A DNA stretch of 64,000 bases from contig NZ_OZ245860.1 of NCBI RefSeq assembly GCF_965229135.1, forward strand, positions 1,231,849-1,295,848, written 5' to 3'. The position numbers and the translations under genes were made by a program. The stretch is from Mesorhizobium sp. (GTDB lineage Bacteria > Pseudomonadota > Alphaproteobacteria > Rhizobiales > Rhizobiaceae). Every line of letters starts with the position of its first letter. Position 1 is the first letter of the stretch. Below are positions 47,158 to 56,343 of this stretch, piece by piece. The notes beneath the pieces were generated by a model. That model was not told the DNA's origin, searched no databases, and saw only the letters and a program-made list of their open reading frames with translations.

Positions 47158-48537
47158 ATGTCGAAGACCCACACTGCCACTCCAGACATAGAGCCTCGGC
47201 GCGAATCGCATCTGTTCTATCTGTCCAGCCTGCGCCGGCCGCTGATCGACCGCGCCGAGGGCATCTACATGTGGACGCAGGACGGCCGCCGCTTCATCGA
47301 CGGGTCGAGCGGACCGATGGTCGCCAATATCGGTCATTCCAACCGCAATGTGCTCGATGCCATGAAGCGGCAGATGGACCGGGCCACCTTCGCCTACCGC
47401 CTGCATTTCGAGAACGAGCCGGCGGAAGAGCTGGCTCGAGAGCTCGCGGGCAAGCTGCCGGAAGGCATGGACCGCATCTTCTTCGTCTCCGGCGGATCCG
47501 AAGCGACGGAATCCTGCATCAAGCTGGCGAGGCAATGGGCTGTCGCCACCGGCCAAAACAGTCGCTGGAAGGTCATCACGCGCTTTCCCTCCTACCATGG
47601 CGGCACGCTGGGTTCGCTGTCGATCACCGGCGACGATGCCCTGGCCGAAAGCTTTACGCCGATGATGCGGGTGATGCCGACAGTGCCGGCGCCAACCGCC
47701 TGGCGCGACCGCGATAATCTTTCGATGGAGCAGCGCGGCATCCGCTACGCCGACATGCTTGAGGAAAAGATTCTCGCCGAAGGGCCGGAAAGCGTGGTCG
47801 CCTTCATCATGGAGCCGATCGGCGGCGCGGCGACCGCGGCCCTGGTCGCGCCGGACAGCTATTATGCGCGCATCCGAGAGATCTGCGACCGCTACGGCAT
47901 CCTGTTGATCCACGATGAAGTGATGAGCGGCGCCGGACGCACCGGCAAATTCCTCGGCGGCGACCATTGGAACTGCAAGCCCGACATCGTCGCGCTGTCG
48001 AAGGGGTTGGGCTCGGGCTATGCGCCGCTCGGCGCCCTTGCAGCTCCCATGCGGCTGGTGAAGCCGTTGCTCGCTTCGGGTGGCTTCCAACACGGGCACA
48101 CCTACGCTGGCAATCCGCTGGCCTGCGCCGCCGGCCTTGCCGTTCTCGGTGAAATGGACAGGCTCGACCTGATCGCCAATGCGGCGGCCATGGGCGATGT
48201 CCTGATGGATGGGTTGAAGGGGCTGGCGAAGCGGTTCCCCTTCATTGCGGATGTGCGCGGCAAGGGCTTGCTCACCGGGGCCGAGATGGTCGCCGATCCC
48301 GAGACGCTGCGACCGATCGACCAGAACAAGAAGGCTACGCAAAGGCTGCTCGACCTCGCCTATGAACGCGGGCTGATCATCTATGGCCGCAGGGTCAAGG
48401 GCGGCGTCGACGGCGACAATTTCATGGTCGCGCCGCCGATGATCGTGACCAGGGAGCAGGTCGGCGAGATCGTCTCCATCATCGGCGACTCGCTGCAGGC
48501 GCTCGCCTCTGAACTCTACCTTCCAGTCGAGGGCTGA
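47158..48537 (+). CDS. class III (omega-type) aminotransferase
   Basis: FIDGSSGPMVANIGHS..., YHGGTLG, LLIHDEVMSGAGRTG, and the PLP-Lys context DIVALSKGLGSGY. Confidence 0.9.
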   Translation: MSKTHTATPDIEPRRESHLFYLSSLRRPLIDRAEGIYMWTQDGRRFIDGSSGPMVANIGHSNRNVLDAMKRQMDRATFAYRLHFENEPAEELARELAGKLPEGMDRIFFVSGGSEATESCIKLARQWAVATGQNSRWKVITRFPSYHGGTLGSLSITGDDALAESFTPMMRVMPTVPAPTAWRDRDNLSMEQRGIRYADMLEEKILAEGPESVVAFIMEPIGGAATAALVAPDSYYARIREICDRYGILLIHDEVMSGAGRTGKFLGGDHWNCKPDIVALSKGLGSGYAPLGALAAPMRLVKPLLASGGFQHGHTYAGNPLACAAGLAVLGEMDRLDLIANAAAMGDVLMDGLKGLAKRFPFIADVRGKGLLTGAEMVADPETLRPIDQNKKATQRLLDLAYERGLIIYGRRVKGGVDGDNFMVAPPMIVTREQVGEIVSIIGDSLQALASELYLPVEG

Positions 48538-48546
48538 GGAGAAAAA

Positions 48547-49476
48547 ATGGCACCGCGAAAAGTCATCATCACCTGCGCCGTCACCGGCTCGGTGCACACG
48601 CCGTCGATGTCGCCATACCTGCCGGTGACGCCGGACCAGATCGCGGCGGACGCGATCGCGGCGGCCGAAGCAGGCGCGTCCATCCTGCATCTCCATGCCC
48701 GCGACCCAAAGGACGGACGGCCGACCGCCGACCCGGACGTCTACATGCAGTTCCTGCCGCGCATCAAGCAGGCGACATCAGCGGTGATCAACATCACCAC
48801 CGGCGGCTCATCGCTGATGACGCTTGACCAGCGGCTGGCGGCGCCGTTGCGGGCCAAGCCCGAAATGTGTTCGCTCAACATGGGCTCGATGAATTTCGCG
48901 CTTTTCCCGATGCTCGACAAGCCGAGGGAGTGGCAGCACGAGTGGGAGCCGAAGCTGCTTGAAGCCACGCGCGACACCATTTTCAAGAACACTTTCGCCG
49001 ACATGGAAGGCGTGCTCGAAAAGTTGGGCGAAGGCTGCGGCACGCGCTTCGAGTTTGAATGCTATGATGTCGGCCACCTCTATTCGCTGGCGCATTTCCG
49101 CGACCGTGGTCTGGTGTCGGGACCGCTGTTCATCCAGTTCGTACTGGGCATTCTTGGCGGCATCGGCGCCGATCCGGACAACCTCATCCACATGAAGCGA
49201 ATCGCCGACAAGCTGTTTGGCGACAGCTACCAGTTCTCCGTTCTGGCCGCTGGCCGTCATCAGATGCCTCTGATCTCGATTGCCGCCGCGATGGGCGGCA
49301 ATGTCCGCGTCGGGCTGGAAGACAGTCTCTATGACGGCCGCCAGCTGGCGAAATCCAACGCCGATCAGGTGCGCCGCATCCGTGGCATTCTCGATGGACT
49401 GTCACTGGAAGTTGCCACGCCCACCGAAGCGCGCGAGATGCTGGCGCTCAAGGGCGGCGACCGGGTAGCGTTTTGA
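48547..49476 (+). CDS. beta-keto acid cleavage enzyme (BKACE / 3-keto-5-aminohexanoate cleavage family, DUF849)
   Basis: MAPRKVIITCAVTGSVHTPSMSPYLPVTPDQIA...AGASILHLHARDP is the family N-terminal hallmark. GAGGAG RBS. Confidence 0.85.
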   Translation: MAPRKVIITCAVTGSVHTPSMSPYLPVTPDQIAADAIAAAEAGASILHLHARDPKDGRPTADPDVYMQFLPRIKQATSAVINITTGGSSLMTLDQRLAAPLRAKPEMCSLNMGSMNFALFPMLDKPREWQHEWEPKLLEATRDTIFKNTFADMEGVLEKLGEGCGTRFEFECYDVGHLYSLAHFRDRGLVSGPLFIQFVLGILGGIGADPDNLIHMKRIADKLFGDSYQFSVLAAGRHQMPLISIAAAMGGNVRVGLEDSLYDGRQLAKSNADQVRRIRGILDGLSLEVATPTEAREMLALKGGDRVAF

Positions 49477-49485
49477 GATACAACC

Positions 49486-50004
49486 GTGACCAATACAGCC
49501 TCCAATGATGTCCTGATCCGGCCCGGCCGGATCGACGACGTCGAAACGATCCACGCGGCGATCCTGAAACTCGGTACCCATATTGGCGCGCCAGAGGAAA
49601 TCATCTCGACGCCCGGCGACCTCAGAACCTACGGCTTCGGCGAAAAGCCAGCCTTTTCAACGCTGATTGCCGAAGTCGGCGGCGAGTTTGCCGGCCTGTG
49701 CCTGCATTTCCCGATCTTCTCGACATGGATGGGACGGCCCGGCGTCTATGTGCAGGACCTCTATGTCGAGAACCGGTTTCGTGGCCGCAAGATCGGCGAA
49801 CGCCTGTTGCGCGCAGTCGCGGCACAGTGCCGGAAGGAAGGCGGCGTTTATCTGCGGCTGTCGGTCGATACCGACAATGAGGGCGCCAAGGCTTTTTATG
49901 AAAGGCTGGGCATCGGCTGGTCGAGCTACGAGCAGACACAAAAGATCATAGGCGATGCCTTCTTTGCCTTCGCCGACGCCCCGGACAATGGAGAGCGGGA
50001 ATGA
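49486..50004 (+). CDS. GNAT family N-acetyltransferase
   Basis: GTG start. VENRFRGRKIGERLLRAVAAQCRKEG acetyl-CoA motif and FYERLG. Confidence 0.85.
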   Translation: MTNTASNDVLIRPGRIDDVETIHAAILKLGTHIGAPEEIISTPGDLRTYGFGEKPAFSTLIAEVGGEFAGLCLHFPIFSTWMGRPGVYVQDLYVENRFRGRKIGERLLRAVAAQCRKEGGVYLRLSVDTDNEGAKAFYERLGIGWSSYEQTQKIIGDAFFAFADAPDNGERE

Positions 50005-51029
50005 AAGCCTTCTACGCCGAGGAACAGAAGCGACACGATCCCAAGGCTTTTCTTTCAAGCGGTGCACCGCAGCCCAATCCGGAAAAACCCGAGCGAATCG
50101 AACGATTGTTCGCCGGCGCAAAATCCGCGGGCTGCGCGATCGAGCGGCCGCGCAATCATGGGCTTGGCCCAGTCTCGGCTGTCCATACGCCCGAATATCT
50201 CGACTTCCTGGAGCACATTTTCACGCGCTGGCAGCGCATCGAAGGCGCTTCGGCCGAAGTGATCCCGAACATCCACCCGATCGCTCGCAACGGCTCCTAT
50301 CCAGCCTCCGCTGTCGGCCAGGCCGGCTATCACATGGCCGATACGGCTTGCCCGATCTCGGGCGAAACATGGCAAAGCGCGTTGTGGAGTGCCTGGAGCG
50401 CTGTCGAGGCGGCGGAAGCCGTGATGTCGGGCGCGCCTGCCGCCTATGCGCTCTGCCGGCCGCCGGGTCATCACGCCTTCTCTGATGTGGCCGGAGGCTT
50501 CTGCTTCATCAACAATTCGGCGGTCGCGGCACAGACGCTACGCAGAGCGGCGGCGCGGGTGGCGATCCTCGATGTAGACCTGCATCACGGCAACGGCACG
50601 CAAGGGATTTTCTATGCCCGTCCGGACGTGCTCACCGTCTCGCTGCATGCCGACCCCGTGCGCTTCTACCCATTCTTCTGGGGCCATGCCGACGAACGCG
50701 GTGAAGGACCCGGCCTCGGTTATAATTTCAACCTGCCCTTGCCTCGTAAATCCGCCGATGCAGCGTTCCTGGAGGCACTTGGGACGGCTTTCCAGCGCAT
50801 CCGGGCCTTTTCACCCGATGCGCTGGTCGTGGCACTCGGCCTCGACGCGTTCGAGGGCGACCCGTTTGGCGGGCTTTCGGTGACGACGCCCGGCTTCTCG
50901 CGCATTGGCGAAGCCATAGCCAAACTCGGCATGCCGACGGTCATCGTCCAGGAAGGAGGCTACCTCTGCGACGAGCTCGGCGACAACCTCACCGCGTTCC
51001 TCACCGGTTTCGGCGGCAAGGCGCGGTGA
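50001..51029 (+). CDS. histone deacetylase-family amidohydrolase (acetylpolyamine/acetamido-compound deacetylase-like)
   Basis: The ATG overlaps the GNAT stop. CRPPGHHA, GFCFINN and DVDLHHGNGTQ zinc/active-site motifs. Confidence 0.9.
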   Translation: MKAFYAEEQKRHDPKAFLSSGAPQPNPEKPERIERLFAGAKSAGCAIERPRNHGLGPVSAVHTPEYLDFLEHIFTRWQRIEGASAEVIPNIHPIARNGSYPASAVGQAGYHMADTACPISGETWQSALWSAWSAVEAAEAVMSGAPAAYALCRPPGHHAFSDVAGGFCFINNSAVAAQTLRRAAARVAILDVDLHHGNGTQGIFYARPDVLTVSLHADPVRFYPFFWGHADERGEGPGLGYNFNLPLPRKSADAAFLEALGTAFQRIRAFSPDALVVALGLDAFEGDPFGGLSVTTPGFSRIGEAIAKLGMPTVIVQEGGYLCDELGDNLTAFLTGFGGKAR

Positions 51030-51044
51030 CGATTCAGGCTGGCT

Positions 51045-52310
51045 TCAGGAGCGCTGCTGCCTGAGCATGGCGATCACCCGATGCACGCTCTCCAGCGTCT
51101 CGTCGATTTCGGCTGACGTGTTGTAGTGGGCGATACCGATGCGCACGACACCATGCTCGGCCGGAATGCCGAGTTGGTGGACGATCTCCCAGGCGTAGTT
51201 GTGCCCGGACCACAGGAAGATGTTTTCGGCGTTCATCTGCCGCACGATCGTTTCCGGCACGATGCCCTCCACGGTGAAAGACACCGTTGGCACGCGCTCA
51301 TCGACCCGCTTCGGATCGGTGATGCCATGGATGGTCAGTCCTGAAATGTCGGACAGGCCGTCGATCAGCCTTTGCGCCAACGGGTTTTCGTAGGCGATCG
51401 ACACTTCGAACGCCCTGGCGATCTTCTGCCTTCGCGAACCGCCCTCTCCCGCAGCGGTACCGAGATCGGCGAAGTAGTCTACGGCGGCGGTGAGACCGGC
51501 CATCAGCTCGATCTGCGGCGTGCCCAGTTCAAACCGCTCCGGCAGGCCGTTGGACGAGCAGCGGCATTTGTAGGGTTTCAGGCCATCGATGACGTCGCGA
51601 CGACCCCACAATATGCCCATGTGCGGGCCGAAGAATTTATAGGCCGAGCAGATCAGGAAATCGCAACCGAGCTCTTGTACATCGACGAGGCCGTGTGGCG
51701 CGAACTGCACGGCATCGACATAGACGAGAGCGCCGGCTTTCCTGGCAATGGCGGTCAAAGCTTTCACGCGGTTGATCGAACCGGTCAGGTTGCTGGCGTA
51801 GTTCAACGCGACAAGGCGGGTCTTGTCCGAAAGCAGACCGGCCAGCGTCGCCTCTTCGACCTGCCAGGTCTTTTCGTCGAACGGCAGCCAGCGCACGATA
51901 AGGCCCAGATCCTCGGCCAGTTGCAGCCATGGCGAGACATTGCCCTCGTGGTCCATGCGGGTCAGGATGATCTCGTCGCCCGGCTTCATGGTGCGGCCGA
52001 GCGTGCGCGACATGTGATAGGTCAGCGTCGTCATGTTGGCGCCGATGATGATTTCCTGAGGGCTCTTGGCCCCAAGGAAATCGGCCATGGCCTGATGCGC
52101 CTCGTCGACAACGGCCTGCGCGGCAATCGTGGTTTCGAAATAGCCGCCAAGATTGGCGTTGGTGGTCAGCAGGCAGCGCGACACCGCGTCCGCCACTGCT
52201 TGGGGCACCTGCGTGCCGGCGGGATTGTCGAGATAGATGCGGCGGCGACCCTTGTCGGTCAGGGCAAGTGCCGGAAATTTCCCGCGTACGGTGTCGATCT
52301 GAAATGTCAT
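51045..52310 (-). CDS. class V aminotransferase (cysteine desulfurase-like protein)
   Basis: MTFQIDTVRGKFPAL...IYLDNPAGTQVP...ICSAYKFFGPHMG (PLP-Lys). The ATG at 52310 has GGGGGA upstream. Confidence 0.85.
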   Translation of the reverse strand: MTFQIDTVRGKFPALALTDKGRRRIYLDNPAGTQVPQAVADAVSRCLLTTNANLGGYFETTIAAQAVVDEAHQAMADFLGAKSPQEIIIGANMTTLTYHMSRTLGRTMKPGDEIILTRMDHEGNVSPWLQLAEDLGLIVRWLPFDEKTWQVEEATLAGLLSDKTRLVALNYASNLTGSINRVKALTAIARKAGALVYVDAVQFAPHGLVDVQELGCDFLICSAYKFFGPHMGILWGRRDVIDGLKPYKCRCSSNGLPERFELGTPQIELMAGLTAAVDYFADLGTAAGEGGSRRQKIARAFEVSIAYENPLAQRLIDGLSDISGLTIHGITDPKRVDERVPTVSFTVEGIVPETIVRQMNAENIFLWSGHNYAWEIVHQLGIPAEHGVVRIGIAHYNTSAEIDETLESVHRVIAMLRQQRS

Positions 52311-52350
52311 GTTTCCCCCTCGATCAATTCTGTTTTTGTGCCGCTTTGCC

Positions 52351-53418
52351 TCAAGGGCACGGATTGCCGACGCGCTGGTGGATGGCGTCGACCGCTTTCT
52401 GCATCTCCTCGGTCCAGACAACGTCCGCCGAAGACAGCGCCATGTCGAGTTGCGCGATGCTGGTGGCGCCGACGATGTTCGACGTCACGAATGGGCGGCT
52501 CGACACATAGGCGTTGGCAAACAGGGCCGGCGCCATGCCGAAGGAGCGCGCCAGTTCGTTGTACTCGAGCAGCGCTTGCGCCGCATTGGGCGTCTCGTAG
52601 CGCTGGCCGCGATTGAACAATTGCGAGCGCGAGCCCTGCGGTCGCGCGCCATGGTCGTATTTTCCGGTCAGATAGCCCTGCGCCAGCGGCGAATAGGCGA
52701 GCAGCGACACCTCTTCGCGCTCGCAGACCTCGGCAAGGTTCACCTCGAAGGTGCGGTTGACGAGATTGTAGGCATTCTGGATCGAGGCAACGCGAGGACC
52801 GCCCCCTTTGTCGCTTTCCGCCAGGAACCGCATCACGCCCCATGAACTCTCGTTCGACAGGCCAAAATGACGGATCTTGCCGACCTTCACCAGGTCCTCG
52901 AACACCGCAAGCGTCTCGGCAATCGGTGTCTCGTCGGCCGGCGCCCCGACGGAATCGGCGCGCGGCGCTATGGCGCCTACGCGTGTCGGATTGGCACCCC
53001 AGGGAATGTCCCGTTCCGGCCAGTGGATCTGGTAGAGATCGAGATAGTCGGTGCCTAGCTTGGCAAGGGATTTGTCGATGGCGTCAAGGATATCGGCGCG
53101 CACCAGTTGCGACGGCCTGTCGCCGCGAAACCAGGTATTGGCCGTGCGGCCGACGACCTTGGAAGCCAGGATGACCTTGTCGCGGTTGCCCTTGGTCTTC
53201 ATCCAGCTGCCGATGATCTTCTCGGTTCGCCCCTGTGTCTCGGCCTTGGGCGGGATCGGGTAGAGCTCGGCGGTGTCGATGAAATTGACGCCGCGCGAAA
53301 AGGCCAGATCCATCTGGGCATGCCCTTCCGCTTCCGTGTTCTGCTGCCCCCAGGTCATCGAACCCAGGCAAATCTGGGTGACAAGGAGATCTGTCCGACC
53401 GAGACGGCGTTTGTGCAT
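52351..53418 (-). CDS. NADP(H)-dependent aldo/keto reductase (Tas-like)
   Basis: MHKRRLGRTDLLVTQICLGSMTWGQQNTE...FIDTAELYP... Confidence 0.9.
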   Translation of the reverse strand: MHKRRLGRTDLLVTQICLGSMTWGQQNTEAEGHAQMDLAFSRGVNFIDTAELYPIPPKAETQGRTEKIIGSWMKTKGNRDKVILASKVVGRTANTWFRGDRPSQLVRADILDAIDKSLAKLGTDYLDLYQIHWPERDIPWGANPTRVGAIAPRADSVGAPADETPIAETLAVFEDLVKVGKIRHFGLSNESSWGVMRFLAESDKGGGPRVASIQNAYNLVNRTFEVNLAEVCEREEVSLLAYSPLAQGYLTGKYDHGARPQGSRSQLFNRGQRYETPNAAQALLEYNELARSFGMAPALFANAYVSSRPFVTSNIVGATSIAQLDMALSSADVVWTEEMQKAVDAIHQRVGNPCP

Positions 53419-53536
53419 GGGATATTCTCCGACGGGGAATCTTGGGCGCGACTGCGCGGGAGGGAACCCGAGCATACGCGAAAGCCCGGACCTTCTCCAA
53501 GCCGGAAACCTCCGGATTCCAGCGAACCTGGAAGTT

Positions 53537-53995
53537 TTAGCGCCTTGCGCCGGCCAGAGCCCGCCGCTTGGCCTCGTCGATCAGCATGTTGGCCACCTGC
53601 ATACGGATCATCGCGCGCTGGCGCAGATGCGGGGCGACACGATCGGGATGGTTCGAAAAGGCGAAGCTGCGGCGAATGCGGCTGAAATCAGCCGCCTGTT
53701 TCGGCTGGTTGAGGCCAAGTTCGACAGCGATCGATTCGGGATCGATCGGCGGCAGTTTCTCCTCGGGCTTCGCTTCTTCGCCGATGAGGGTCAGCTTTGC
53801 ATGATCAAGCAGTGCCGCGAACTCGCTTGCGAGATCGGCGCCCGATTCCCGATACTCGGCGGTGAAGGTATCGCCCGAAACCTTGATGCGGCCGGAGTGC
53901 AGTTCGTCTGCCACCGAAAGATAGTCGAAGGGAATGGAAGGACGAGCACCCACCTCTTCGCCCCTATCGTAAACGACGAATAGATCGTCGAGCAA
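53537..53995 (-). CDS. J-domain-like protein (C-terminal HPD motif)
   Basis: C-terminus IRRSFAFSNHPDRVAPHLRQRAMIRMQVANMLIDEAK. TTG start as in the track; the start is uncertain. Confidence 0.6.
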   Translation of the reverse strand: MLDDLFVVYDRGEEVGARPSIPFDYLSVADELHSGRIKVSGDTFTAEYRESGADLASEFAALLDHAKLTLIGEEAKPEEKLPPIDPESIAVELGLNQPKQAADFSRIRRSFAFSNHPDRVAPHLRQRAMIRMQVANMLIDEAKRRALAGARR

Positions 53996-54157
53996 CGAAG
54001 CGAAATCCCGCTTGGCGCTGGTACCGATGTCAGCCTCCCCCTGTCACAAGTCCGTGCATCGAAGATCCACACCCGAACATATAGGACCGGCTCGTTAAAA
54101 ATGAATGCCAATCATCTTGAGAGTTTGGCCATTTCCTCGGCGAGATGAGCACCCCAG

Positions 54158-54191
54158 ATAAAAAGCCGGACTGCACTTTCATGCAGTCCGG
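54158..54191 (-). terminator. rho-independent terminator (minus strand)
   Basis: Perfect 10-bp stem CCGGACTGCA/TGCAGTCCGG (54166-54175 / 54182-54191) with a 6-nt loop. On the minus strand it is followed by CTTTTTAT. No minus-strand CDS ends immediately upstream of it. Confidence 0.7.
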
Positions 54192-54395
54192 AATTCGCCA
54201 GGAGTGGCGAGGAAAAACCGGCCATGTGCCAGCGTCTAAGCATACGGTCCGTACGCGGCAGAAGTTTCGTTTGGACACTAAAATAAAGTCGAAAAAAATC
54301 GGCAAGGCATGGCAGCCATGCAAATGCTGCACTGCACAATTGTCACGATTCACCTATATTCGGGCTCGGGAGGACCAACAAAAGGAGCCTGTATC

Positions 54396-54572
54396 GTGGG
54401 GTTCTTCACTGAAATGTTCGCCCGCCCGCGCCCGCAAGAGCATCTGCGTTATCGCTCGGCTCTTGCGCTGCTTCACTCCATGAGCAGTGCCGACCGTGCA
54501 GACATCGGCATAAAGCCGGCCGATTTCCCGCGCATCGCTCGCGAAATGTCCCTGCGCCAAGGCGTCAGGTAG
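54396..54572 (+). CDS. DUF1127 domain small protein (58 aa)
   Basis: The GTG at 54396 is preceded by AAAGGAG. The C-terminus LLHSMSSADRADIGIKPADFPRIAREM fits the DUF1127 pattern. Confidence 0.7.
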   Translation: MGFFTEMFARPRPQEHLRYRSALALLHSMSSADRADIGIKPADFPRIAREMSLRQGVR

Positions 54573-54617
54573 CGTTAGGTCTCCCGGCAGAACCGGGAAA
54601 CCTTGATATGTCTGTCT

Positions 54618-55124
54618 TCAACGCGCGCCAAGGAACGTCGCCTTGCCCAACGGCACACCGTTGTGGCGCAGGATGTCGTAGGCCGTGGTCAGGTGGAAAT
54701 AGAAGTTGGGCATGGCCAGGTGCAGCAGGTACTGCATGCCGCTCATCGACATTTCGCGCCCGCCAAGCTTCAGTTCGATCATCCTATCGTCCGAGCCATC
54801 GATATCGGCTGCTGAAAATGTCGCCAGAAGCGCAACTGTCTTGGCGATGCGCGCTTCCAGATCAGCGAAGCTCGCTTCGTTGTCCTCATATTTCGGCACC
54901 TCACGCCCCGCCAGCCGCGACGGCGCGCCCTTGGCATGGTCGGTCGCGATCTGGACCTGCCTAGTCAGCGCGTACATGTCGGGCGCCAGCCGCGAGGTCA
55001 AGAACACCTGGGGGTCGATCTTGCGTTCGACCGCATTCTGTTCGGCCGTCACCAACACGGTGGAAAGTGCCTTCAGCCGGGCCGAAAACACCGGCACGGA
55101 CGCCTCATACATCGATATCGTCAA
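54618..55124 (-). CDS. DUF1993 domain protein
   Basis: MTISMYEASVPVF...LAPDMYALTRQVQIATDHAKG...PNFYFHLTTAYDILRHNGVPLGK. Confidence 0.8.
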   Translation of the reverse strand: MTISMYEASVPVFSARLKALSTVLVTAEQNAVERKIDPQVFLTSRLAPDMYALTRQVQIATDHAKGAPSRLAGREVPKYEDNEASFADLEARIAKTVALLATFSAADIDGSDDRMIELKLGGREMSMSGMQYLLHLAMPNFYFHLTTAYDILRHNGVPLGKATFLGAR

Positions 55125-55263
55125 TTGAATTCTCCCTGTGGGCTGGAACGCCAGGTGGGACGTAGCGCCTTCCCTTCCGATTTTTCAAGCAGGGGAAATT
55201 CGGCGCGTCACCGCGTCGCCGCAATCCCCGTGGTAGAATCTCGCATCAGGTGGAGATTGCCTT

Positions 55264-56313
55264 ATGAAACGTTCCCTCTTCGCAGCGACCGCTGTTTGCT
55301 CCCTCGCGGCGATCAGCCCGATCGCACATGCCGCCGATGCCCCCTATGTCGACGACAGGACAGATGCCGCAGCCGTAGTCCGTTCGCTCTACAGCGCGAT
55401 CAACCGGCATGAATTCTCTCGCGCCTGGAGCTATTTTGGCGAAACAAAGCCGGCTAAAGACTTTGATACCTTCGCGAAGGGCTACGACGGCACTGAAGCG
55501 GTCGAGGTCAAGACCGGCGCCGTATCCGAGGATGGGGCGGCCGGAAGCGTTTTCTACAGCGTCCCTGTAGCCATCCGAGCCAAAGCCAAGGATGGCAGCG
55601 AAAAGGTCTTTGCCGGCTGCTACACGGTGCGTCAGGTCAACGCGCAGATCCAGGAGCCGCCGTTCGACCCTATCCACATCGACAAGGGCGAACTGAAGCC
55701 CGCGACAGCCGCTTTCGACGATGCCGTGCCGGCAAGCTGCGGCAATGGTCCGCCCCCGCCGAAAAAGGACGCAATGCTGGATCAAGCCAAGAAGGCATTT
55801 GCCGCCGCCTATGGCGAACAATGCGACAAGACAATGCCCGGCGGCGACCCTCGCGGAGAGCCGGATGCCTACAGCCTTCACTACAAGGATGCGGGTGCGG
55901 CGGCCAGCGATCCCGACCGCGAGACACGATTGTTCCACTTCTTCTGCTCGATGGCCGCCTACAATGAAAGCTCGGTATACTATATCGCCGACGATGTCGC
56001 GGGTGTGCGGCAGTTGCAGTTCGCCGCGCCGACGCTCGATATTCGCTATGAAAACAACAACAGCGAAGGCAAGGTGCAGGCGATCAACATCATCGGCTTC
56101 CAGACCGACGACCAGGCAGTCAATTCGACATATGACGACGCCACCAAGACCATCACGTCCTTCACCAAATGGCGTGGCGTGGGCGATGCTTCGTCAACGG
56201 GTACCTATCTGTTCCGAAACGGCACTTTCTCGCTTGTGCAGTACGACGTCGACGCGTCCTACGACGGTGAGGTCAACCCGCAGACGATCCTCGACTACAA
56301 CAGCGCGCCCTGA
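55264..56313 (+). CDS. secreted hypothetical protein (C-terminal DUF1176-like region, tentative)
   Basis: Signal peptide MKRSLFAATAVCSLAAISPIAHA. The C-terminal ...TKWRGVGDASSTGTYLFRNGTFSLVQYDVDASYDG resembles DUF1176. Confidence 0.65.
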   Translation: MKRSLFAATAVCSLAAISPIAHAADAPYVDDRTDAAAVVRSLYSAINRHEFSRAWSYFGETKPAKDFDTFAKGYDGTEAVEVKTGAVSEDGAAGSVFYSVPVAIRAKAKDGSEKVFAGCYTVRQVNAQIQEPPFDPIHIDKGELKPATAAFDDAVPASCGNGPPPPKKDAMLDQAKKAFAAAYGEQCDKTMPGGDPRGEPDAYSLHYKDAGAAASDPDRETRLFHFFCSMAAYNESSVYYIADDVAGVRQLQFAAPTLDIRYENNNSEGKVQAINIIGFQTDDQAVNSTYDDATKTITSFTKWRGVGDASSTGTYLFRNGTFSLVQYDVDASYDGEVNPQTILDYNSAP

Positions 56314-56343
56314 GGCCGCCACCACTGTACGACCGACAGACTG

